From contig JAFGFA010000028.1 of assembly GCA_016931275.1 (NCBI GenBank), forward strand, positions 7,333 through 71,332: a DNA stretch of 64,000 nucleotides. Reading direction: 5' to 3'. The notes beneath the pieces are model-generated. The model did not search any database and was not told the origin of the DNA. It was given only the letters and a program-made list of their open reading frames with translations. Each line of letters opens with the position of its first letter. Position 1 is the first letter of the stretch. Origin of the DNA: Parachlamydiales bacterium. GTDB lineage: Bacteria; Chlamydiota; Chlamydiia; Chlamydiales; SM23-39. Made by a program: the position numbers and the translations under genes. Positions 9,240 through 15,911 of this stretch are shown piece by piece.

Positions 9240-9894
9240 ATTTTGTTAGGGTTTGTAGATCCCCTATACCACTTAAAATAGGTACATTTTTTTGTAACAG
9301 AAAACGAATAATTTTTTTCAAGGCAGTGGACTCTGCAGGATGGTCGAAAATTTCTGAAGAGGTTATTGTTAGCAAATTTTTTTCTGCATCGGAAGGTAAT
9401 TTTTTTACAGCATCTTGAAAATGTTTGACCATTCTCTTTCGAAAATCTTGGTTACCAGAACGAATGTTGTCTTGAGAAAAATGCAATACCTGAGTATCCG
9501 GTTCTACAAGAACAATAGCATGATAGGTGTCCATCCATTGGAGCATCGCATGTTCTAAATGATAAAAATAGTCGTTAGGAAGGTTCCGATCTATCCAATA
9601 TTGAATCGCATCCCAAGACCCTCGATCACATATAATGATCTCATATCCATGTTGATAGGCTTCCAATTCTTGGATAATTTGCTGATGACATAACCAATAT
9701 TCGCATTCGGGAGGAGCTAGTTCGTTGATAGGGAAAGGAGAGGTTCGAACGATTTCATCAATAACTTTTACATTTTTTTCTTTAAATTTAAAAAAAGACG
9801 CTAATTGAAAAGCAAGAGTCGATTTACCTACACCATGGGATCCAGAACAACAAATTTTAACAGGCTTTCTTTTCATCGAGATGCCATTGTACAA
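9238..9894 (-). CDS. P-loop kinase resembling the ribosylnicotinamide kinase (RNK, AAA_28) domain of NadR; no NMNAT or HTH domain
   Basis: P-loop CSGSHGVGKSTLAFQLASFF. HQQIIQELEAYQHGYEIIICDRGSWDAIQY aligns by eye with H. influenzae NadR [32 protein letters not shown]. The likely true start is M7 (MKRKPVKI, 9876). It overlaps the upstream 80-aa gene. Confidence 0.6.
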   Translation of the reverse strand: MYNGISMKRKPVKICCSGSHGVGKSTLAFQLASFFKFKEKNVKVIDEIVRTSPFPINELAPPECEYWLCHQQIIQELEAYQHGYEIIICDRGSWDAIQYWIDRNLPNDYFYHLEHAMLQWMDTYHAIVLVEPDTQVLHFSQDNIRSGNQDFRKRMVKHFQDAVKKLPSDAEKNLLTITSSEIFDHPAESTALKKIIRFLLQKNVPILSGIGDLQTLTK

Positions 9895-10099
9895 ATCCCC
9901 AAATGCAAAGTCCTAGATAAATAGAGAAAAGAGTCGCAGCAGCCCATTCGTGATTTTTCACGTTATACCAGATCCATCCCACATTGGCCAACATCCAAAG
10001 AAGTTGCCCAACTTTTTGTTTCTTAATGACATGAATATTTCCCCAGATGCTTAACGCTGTAAATAGCCAACTAATATTTTTACTGAAAAACTCTTCCAT
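9857..10099 (-). CDS. 80-aa three-TM membrane protein, half-size PnuC-like (putative nicotinamide riboside / vitamin uptake unit)
   Basis: Three hydrophobic helices separated by KKQK and KNHEW loops. It is Trp-rich, and LLWMLANV resembles LLWVIINV in the C-terminal repeat of E. coli PnuC. It is translationally coupled to the RNK-like kinase. Confidence 0.5.
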   Translation of the reverse strand: MEEFFSKNISWLFTALSIWGNIHVIKKQKVGQLLWMLANVGWIWYNVKNHEWAAATLFSIYLGLCIWGFVQWHLDEKKAC

Positions 10100-10223
10100 A
10101 ATTCCTCCTTAAAAAGCGTAAAAAAGAATAGCAAATTTGGGGGAGATGTCAATGTTTTTGCTGCTTCGCAAGAATGCTTATGTGAGAATATGGACAGAGA
10201 GCTTGGGTATGGTTTAAAAATTC

Positions 10224-10308
10224 TGCGACCAAGATGACTCGAACATCCACCGAGCTATGCCCGACTAGATCCTGAATCTAGCGCGTCTACCAATTCCGCC
10301 ATGGCCGC
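10224..10308 (-). tRNA. tRNA-Leu (anticodon CAG), type II with long variable arm
   Basis: The reverse complement folds as a cloverleaf: acceptor GCGGCCA/TGGTCGC, D arm GCG-GAATTGGTAGA-CGC, anticodon arm CTAGA-TTCAGGA-TCTAG, variable arm, T arm GGATG-TTCGAGT-CATCT, discriminator A. No CCA is encoded. Confidence 0.9.
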
Positions 10309-10341
10309 GAAAAATAATAGCATTTGTCAATATTTAAAAAA

Positions 10342-10370
10342 TTGCAAGAAAAATAGCTCTGTTCGATAAT
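10342..10370 (+). promoter_or_regulatory. Candidate promoter of trxA
   Basis: TTGCAA, a 17-nt spacer, then GATAAT, ending 22 nt upstream of the ATG. GGAGG SD at 10381-10385. Confidence 0.4.
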
Positions 10371-10392
10371 AAAGAAAAGTTGGAGGCTTTCT

Positions 10393-10713
10393 ATGACAGA
10401 AAATGAGCATATTTTGACAGATGATAATTTTGAAGAATCGATAAAAAAAGGGGTTGCTCTTGTAGATTTTTATGCATCTTGGTGCGGTCCTTGTCGCATG
10501 TTGGCTCCTATTATCGAAGAATTAGCAGCCCATTTTTCTGGGAAAGCTCTTATCGGAAAACTCGATATTGACAGTGAACAAAAAACTGCTATGAAATATC
10601 GAGTTACTTCTGTTCCTACAGTGATCCTTTTTAAGGAAGGAAAAGAAGTGCAGAGGGTAATAGGTCTTCGCGATGCAGCGACCTTGAAAAAACTTATACA
10701 AGAAAATTTATAA
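10393..10713 (+). CDS. trxA: Thioredoxin
   Basis: 106 aa with the canonical WCGPC active site and thioredoxin fold pattern (VDFYASWCGPCRMLAP...VTSVPTVILF). Confidence 0.95.
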   Translation: MTENEHILTDDNFEESIKKGVALVDFYASWCGPCRMLAPIIEELAAHFSGKALIGKLDIDSEQKTAMKYRVTSVPTVILFKEGKEVQRVIGLRDAATLKKLIQENL

Positions 10714-10714
10714 T

Positions 10715-10951
10715 ATGATCCGCTTTTTGATGTGGATGGCTTTTTTTTTAATTGCAGGCGGAGTGTTTTTGCATTATCACCTTAGCTTACCATTTCTCGA
10801 TCTGTGGGTTGGAAAATTGCCCGGAGACTTGCGGCTTAAGAATGCCAATATTGTGATTTATCTTCCCTGTGCTTCTGCTTTTGTTTCCGCTCTTTCAGTG
10901 ACCATTATAGGATTGTTGTTTCGATCTTCTTCTAAAGAAAAATCAAATTGA
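10715..10951 (+). CDS. Small membrane protein, DUF2905-like
   Basis: 78 aa with two hydrophobic helices flanking a GKLPGDL motif, the characteristic LPGD signature of DUF2905 proteins. Confidence 0.6.
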   Translation: MIRFLMWMAFFLIAGGVFLHYHLSLPFLDLWVGKLPGDLRLKNANIVIYLPCASAFVSALSVTIIGLLFRSSSKEKSN

Positions 10952-11394
10952 CGTTGTCGCAAGGCTTCATAAAGTCCGATAGCAACAGCATTGGAGAGGT
11001 TTAAACATCGGGCATTTGGATGAATCGGAATAGTGACAAATCGATCCGGCCATCGTTCGAAAAAGCATGGAGGAAGGCCGCTGGTTTCATTTCCGAAAAT
11101 TAGTTGGCTTTTTTCGGTATATCGGACATCCGTATAAGGAATGTGTGCTTTGGAGGAAAAAAAATAGAAGGGATACGAAGATTGGTCTAAATATTCTTCA
11201 AGATGGTCAATTTCTAGGATCGGAACATTCTTCCAGTAATCTAATCCAGATCTTTTTAACATACGAGAGGAAGTGCTAAATCCAAGGGGTCTTACTAAGA
11301 TTAGTTCACTATGAGTTGCCGCACAGGTTCGGACAATATTTCCGGTATTTTGAGGGATTTCAGGACAAAATAAAATAATCTTCATCGGTAACAT
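10858..11394 (-). CDS. trmL: tRNA (cytidine/uridine-2'-O)-methyltransferase, SpoU/TrmL family
   Basis: MKIILFCPEIPQNTGNIVRTCAA..., FGNETSGLP and LNLSNAVAIGLYEALRQ motifs of the SPOUT family. The likely start is M4 (11385), abutting the mip stop. The C-terminal tail overlaps the convergent DUF2905 gene. Confidence 0.85.
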   Translation of the reverse strand: MLPMKIILFCPEIPQNTGNIVRTCAATHSELILVRPLGFSTSSRMLKRSGLDYWKNVPILEIDHLEEYLDQSSYPFYFFSSKAHIPYTDVRYTEKSQLIFGNETSGLPPCFFERWPDRFVTIPIHPNARCLNLSNAVAIGLYEALRQRQFDFSLEEDRNNNPIMVTERAETKAEAQGR

Positions 11395-12041
11395 TGGTTT
11401 TTTTGGACGATGTCTTTATAGAAGAGATTGTCTGCAGGAGAAGAGATGTTTAATAATTCTACTTCCAAGATGACTAACGAGGAATCGTTTGCTTGGTTCC
11501 ATAAGTCGGGATGGATGAATATCCGGCGGATTTCTCCTTCCCTCATGTTTTTGGTTCCTTTTTGAAAGGCTTGAAGGGTTTCTTGCAAGGGAACGATTTG
11601 TTTTTGCGGAGGATAAAACATGGTTCCGTCTAGAAAATGACCTGAGATTTTCAATAATGGGGAATGGTTTTTTTTAAGAACAGCCCCTGTCCCTGTTTTT
11701 ATAGTCGTATAATGCAATTTGCCAGAAATAATTTTCGTAGATTTTTTTTGATGTGTCAAAAAGCGGGTTGCTTTCATACGGTTTTCTTGAGCAAGGTTTT
11801 TTTGTTGCTGTGCATAGACCTTGTCAAGCTCTTGGGCATATTCTGTATCGGAAAGAGGAGGCTCTTCTCCGGCATGGGCTTTTTCAATTCCCTTTATAAA
11901 ATGATCCATATTGAAATGGACAGCTCCGGAATTGATGTTTTTTCCAACCATATACCCTAATGCTTCAGAGAGTTTTTCAATATCGATCTCATTGGAATAA
12001 AGAAAAAAAGAACAAAAGAGCAGAAGACTAATCGTTTTCAT
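11382..12041 (-). CDS. mip: FKBP-type peptidyl-prolyl cis-trans isomerase, Mip-like, secreted
   Basis: 219 aa with an N-terminal signal sequence, a Mip-type N-terminal helical region and a C-terminal FKBP domain (LHYTTIKTGTG..., GHFLDGTMF, REGEIRRIFIHPDL). Its position next to aspS matches Chlamydia. Confidence 0.8.
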   Translation of the reverse strand: MKTISLLLFCSFFLYSNEIDIEKLSEALGYMVGKNINSGAVHFNMDHFIKGIEKAHAGEEPPLSDTEYAQELDKVYAQQQKNLAQENRMKATRFLTHQKKSTKIISGKLHYTTIKTGTGAVLKKNHSPLLKISGHFLDGTMFYPPQKQIVPLQETLQAFQKGTKNMREGEIRRIFIHPDLWNQANDSSLVILEVELLNISSPADNLFYKDIVQKNQCYR

Positions 12042-13849
12042 GAGGATTCTTTCAGAGTGTCAATATCGATGGGTTTGTCCACTTGTATGTGGAGTTCTTG
12101 CAATTGTTGTACCCATACTTCACTAGGTGCCTGGGTCATTAAGTCTGTTGCTTTTTGTGTTTTGGGGAAAGCGATTACATCTCGAATATTTTCGGTTTGG
12201 CATAATAACATACAGAGGCGGTCCGCTCCCAAAGCAATGCCGAGATGAGGAGGGGTTCCATATTTTAATGCTTCTATAAAGTATCCGAATTTTGTCTCGA
12301 TATCCGATGGAGTAAGCCGAAGTAAAGTAAATATTTGGGATTGAAGATCGCTGTCATAGATCCTTTCCGACCCCGAAGCAACTTCATGGCCGTTAATGAC
12401 AAGGTCATATGCTTTGGCACGTACTTTAAGAGGATCTTTGTGAAGAAAAGCAAGGTCTTCCTCATTAGGAGCTGTAAAAGGATGATGCTCGCTCTGTATC
12501 TGTCCTTGGTCGTCTAAAGAGAAAAGCGGAAAATCCGTTACCCATAAGAATCGATATTGGCTAGGATCTATTAAATGAAGTAGAGAAGCTATATGGCGTC
12601 GTAAATGGTCGAAGGATTGATTGAGAATATTTTCCGGTCCAGCTCCGATAATGATAAGATCCCCGACTTGAACATGAAGTTTTTGTTCGAGCTGTTCTAA
12701 AAGAGCAGAAGAAAAAAACTTAACGATGGAGGAGGAAAAACCCTCCTCTGTTTTTTTCATCCATGCAATGCCGGCGAGTTTAAATTTTTGGACAAAGGAA
12801 GAAAAATCATCAATAGTACGACGAGAAATTTTTGCTCCGTCCTTGACGACAAAGGCTTTAATCATACTTCCTCTTTGTATTTCGTCGAGAAGAACAGAAA
12901 AGTGGGATTGTTGGATAATCTCATCAATACGATGAAAAGTCATTTCATAGCGGATATCGGGCTTATCGCATCCATAAAGATCCATGCATTGTTTATGGGT
13001 CATTTTAGGAAAAGGGGTTAAGATATCGAGATCAACGGTTTGTTTGAAAATGGTGGCAATGAGTTCTTCCACGAGAGAAAAAACTGTCTCGCTTTTCTCA
13101 AAACTCATCTCCATATCGATTTGTGTAAATTCCGGTTGCCTTTCCGCACGGAGATCTTCGTCTCGAAAACATTGTGCAATCTGAAAATATTTGTCGACTC
13201 CCGCGATCATTAAAATTTGTTTGAAAATCTGGGGGGATTGAGGTAACGCGTAAAAACACCCTGTATGTAGACGAGAAGGGACGAGATAGTCACGAGCCCC
13301 TTCAGGAGTAGACTTGGACAAAATGGGTGTGGCGATTTCCGTAAAGCCTTTTTGGTCTAAAAAATTGCGGGTAGAAAGAAGTACGCGATGGCGCAGAGAA
13401 AGGTTGGAAATCAGCGTTCCTCTCCGCATATCCAAATAACGATAGGTAAAGCGAAGCTCTTCATTGACGTCAATAAATTCATCGCAAATGGAGAAAGGAG
13501 GTGTTTTCGAACGAGACAGGATCGAGAGCGTATCTACTTGAACTTCAATTTCACCGGTTGTTAATTTGGGATTGGCCATTCCTTCGCTTCTGGAGATGAC
13601 GACTCCCTGAATCGAGATGACCCATTCTTGACGCAAAACGCCGGCTTCTTCATGAGCTTTTAGAGAATTTTTGGGATCGAAGACTAGTTGGGTAATTCCC
13701 CATTTATCACGAAGATCTACGAAGATTAGTCCTCCATGATCGCGCCTTCTATGAATCCAACCGGATAAAGTAACCGTCGTGCCGATATGGGATTTGTTTA
13801 AAATATTACAGTGATGCGTTCTTTTAAAGTTTATCATTGTTCTGTCCAT
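12038..13849 (-). CDS. aspS: Aspartate--tRNA ligase
   Basis: 603 aa with class IIb motifs (GWIHRRRDHGGLIFVDLRD, FRDEDLRAERQPEFTQID, GTPPHLGIALGADRL). An alternative start at 13837 (M5) would give an ATGA overlap with the hisS stop. Confidence 0.95.
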   Translation of the reverse strand: MDRTMINFKRTHHCNILNKSHIGTTVTLSGWIHRRRDHGGLIFVDLRDKWGITQLVFDPKNSLKAHEEAGVLRQEWVISIQGVVISRSEGMANPKLTTGEIEVQVDTLSILSRSKTPPFSICDEFIDVNEELRFTYRYLDMRRGTLISNLSLRHRVLLSTRNFLDQKGFTEIATPILSKSTPEGARDYLVPSRLHTGCFYALPQSPQIFKQILMIAGVDKYFQIAQCFRDEDLRAERQPEFTQIDMEMSFEKSETVFSLVEELIATIFKQTVDLDILTPFPKMTHKQCMDLYGCDKPDIRYEMTFHRIDEIIQQSHFSVLLDEIQRGSMIKAFVVKDGAKISRRTIDDFSSFVQKFKLAGIAWMKKTEEGFSSSIVKFFSSALLEQLEQKLHVQVGDLIIIGAGPENILNQSFDHLRRHIASLLHLIDPSQYRFLWVTDFPLFSLDDQGQIQSEHHPFTAPNEEDLAFLHKDPLKVRAKAYDLVINGHEVASGSERIYDSDLQSQIFTLLRLTPSDIETKFGYFIEALKYGTPPHLGIALGADRLCMLLCQTENIRDVIAFPKTQKATDLMTQAPSEVWVQQLQELHIQVDKPIDIDTLKESS

Positions 13850-15120
13850 AATTTTTCAAGAGTTTTCAAGAAAGAGGCCATGGGAAGAGCTTGTTGTTCC
13901 CTTTGAAGAAGATCTTTGAGGATAATGGTATTGTTTCTCATTTCTTCTTCTCCAAGGATTGCAGCATAGCGTGCTTGCAAATGGTTTGCTTTTTGTAATC
14001 CTTTTTGAATTTTTTTTGCTTCAATAACTTCTGAAGAGATCTTTTTGTGCCGTAGTTGCATCGCCCAAAAAAAACAGGAGTGAAAGGCTTGCTCTTCGAG
14101 AGCAATAAAACAGATCCAAGGAGATGTTTGGTCTTTTACAGAAATTCCTTGGGAAATCATGGTCTGTATGACTCTTTCGAGACCAGTTGCAAAACCGATT
14201 CCGGGTAAATGAGGACCGTGAAAGGATTCAAGAAGATGATTATATCTTCCCCCTCCGCCTATAGCATTTTGGGCTCCCAATTGATGGGATATTACCTCAA
14301 AGACCGTACTGTCATAATAGTCAAATCCGCGGACTAATAGGGGGTCTATCGTAAAGGAAATGTTAAGTTCCGTAAGGAGGCGGCATAAAACGTCAAAATG
14401 ATGTTTTTCTGAATCTTCGAGATAATCGAGGAGGCTGGGAGCCTTTTTTAAAAGAAGCTGGTCGTGGGGATCCTTGGAATCTAAAATACGGAGAGGATTT
14501 TTGGAAAAGCGCTCTTGACTTTCTTTGGAAAGTTGTTGAAAGGAGCTGTGTAAATATTTTTTTAACGCTTCAGCATAACGAGAACGACTATACGGAGTTC
14601 CTAGGGAATTGATGCGTATCGAAAGATCGACAATGCCCAAACGATCATAAAATTGTAAGAGCAGATCGATCACTTCCGCGTCTAAATAGGGGGAAGGATC
14701 TCCTACAGCTTCCACACCAAATTGATGGTGCTGTCGATAGCGGCCCGATTGAGGTCTTTCATAGCGGAACATTGGTCCACAATAATAAAATTTATGGTGT
14801 TCTCCTAAGGTATTTAATTTATGTTCGATAAAGGCGCGCATCAGTGCCGCAGTCCCTTCGGGTCTTAAAGACATGGAACGCTGAGCCCGATCAAAAAAAG
14901 TATACATTTCCTTCGAGACGACATCTGTTGTCTGTCCCATGCCATGATGAAATAATTCAGTACGTTCAAAGATAGGAGTGCGTAGTTCTTTGTATCCGTA
15001 ATCTTTGACAATGTCATGAATAACCGATTCGACAAAGTGCCAGTAATGAATAAGCTTCCATTCTTGATCTACTCCATAAGGAAGTATATCGAAAAGACCT
15101 TTAGGAATTTGATAAGTCAT
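13834..15120 (-). CDS. hisS: Histidine--tRNA ligase
   Basis: 428 aa with class IIa HisRS motifs (KGLFDILP, LRPEGTA, YCGPMFRYERPQSGRYRQHHQFGVE, GGGRY, GFATGLER). Confidence 0.95.
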   Translation of the reverse strand: MTYQIPKGLFDILPYGVDQEWKLIHYWHFVESVIHDIVKDYGYKELRTPIFERTELFHHGMGQTTDVVSKEMYTFFDRAQRSMSLRPEGTAALMRAFIEHKLNTLGEHHKFYYCGPMFRYERPQSGRYRQHHQFGVEAVGDPSPYLDAEVIDLLLQFYDRLGIVDLSIRINSLGTPYSRSRYAEALKKYLHSSFQQLSKESQERFSKNPLRILDSKDPHDQLLLKKAPSLLDYLEDSEKHHFDVLCRLLTELNISFTIDPLLVRGFDYYDSTVFEVISHQLGAQNAIGGGGRYNHLLESFHGPHLPGIGFATGLERVIQTMISQGISVKDQTSPWICFIALEEQAFHSCFFWAMQLRHKKISSEVIEAKKIQKGLQKANHLQARYAAILGEEEMRNNTIILKDLLQREQQALPMASFLKTLEKLWTEQ

Positions 15121-15136
15121 AAGTTTTTTATTTGTT

Positions 15137-15165
15137 ATTATAATCGCAGATAAAGATGTTGTAAA
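15137..15165 (-). promoter_or_regulatory. Candidate promoter of the hisS-aspS-mip-trmL operon
   Basis: Minus strand reads TTTACA, a 17-nt spacer, then TATAAT. The -10 box ends 16 nt upstream of the hisS ATG. Confidence 0.4.
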
Positions 15166-15175
15166 AAGCTTTTTG

Positions 15176-15739
15176 CTAACAATTATCTTTTAGATAGGTT
15201 AATTTATCGATCCATTGGGCTAGTTGTGAATTTTTTCCTTCCATTTGAAAATCTCTATGGAGCTTTTTAAGAATATCCATATAGGGAAAAGGAGTCCATT
15301 TGAGGCCTGCATATTCGGAGAGATAATAGCCGAAAGAATATTTTTCTTGAGGGGGATAGTTTTTGGTCTCTTCTATGAACTTAGCAAAGGAATCAACCAG
15401 GGGGTTTTTCTGGTGGGATAGGCTCTGAAAATGGCGTAATAACTTCAGCCAATGATGAGACATCTCTTTTAAAAAATCCGTGTCATGGCTCAAATCTTGT
15501 TGACTCAGGGATATAAAGGAACGGAGCAAAAGATCGAAGTCTTGTTGCAAGACCGCTTTTGGAACCGTCGTATGAGAAAATTCTTGAAGTTTTTTCTGAA
15601 AATAATACAGAGCGGCCGCAAACCATTTTTTCTGTTTTCCTGGAGGTAAAGAAGCTTTTTTTTGCTCCTCTTCTTTCTTTTCTTCGGGAGGTTCGATGCG
15701 GACATGGGCAAAAGGATCAATAGGAGGAATATCAGGCAT
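15176..15739 (-). CDS. Hypothetical protein with a Pro/Lys/Glu-rich N-terminus; no recognisable domain
   Basis: 187-aa ORF that fills an otherwise empty interval on the same strand as its neighbours. Low-complexity N-terminus (PPEEKKEEEQKK). No motif that I recognise. Confidence 0.5.
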   Translation of the reverse strand: MPDIPPIDPFAHVRIEPPEEKKEEEQKKASLPPGKQKKWFAAALYYFQKKLQEFSHTTVPKAVLQQDFDLLLRSFISLSQQDLSHDTDFLKEMSHHWLKLLRHFQSLSHQKNPLVDSFAKFIEETKNYPPQEKYSFGYYLSEYAGLKWTPFPYMDILKKLHRDFQMEGKNSQLAQWIDKLTYLKDNC

Positions 15740-15911
15740 AACATTCTCTTTTTTTTATGCTATCAAATGCCTGTAAATATGTATTGTTAAAAGGTAAGAA
15801 CGTTCTTGTAAAGAGAAGAAGAAAGGGGCAAGGCGGCAGCTGCTGAAGAATAGCTGCTTTGACCTTTAGCGAATCGATGTGAAAAAGTGAATCCATAGGT
15901 TTTTTGGAAAG

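Noticed and set aside
10858-10951. 94-nt convergent overlap between the DUF2905 gene and trmL, considered as antisense regulation or a mis-called stop
   Set aside because: The overlap involves only the non-conserved C-terminal tails of both ORFs, and both core domains are intact. It is most simply a compact-genome overlap, and I cannot test more from the sequence alone.
15796-15807. Perfect 12-bp palindrome AAGAACGTTCTT upstream of the 187-aa orphan
   Set aside because: Around 15 perfect 12-bp palindromes are expected by chance in 64 kb, and more in AT-rich DNA. No second copy or flanking structure was noticed.
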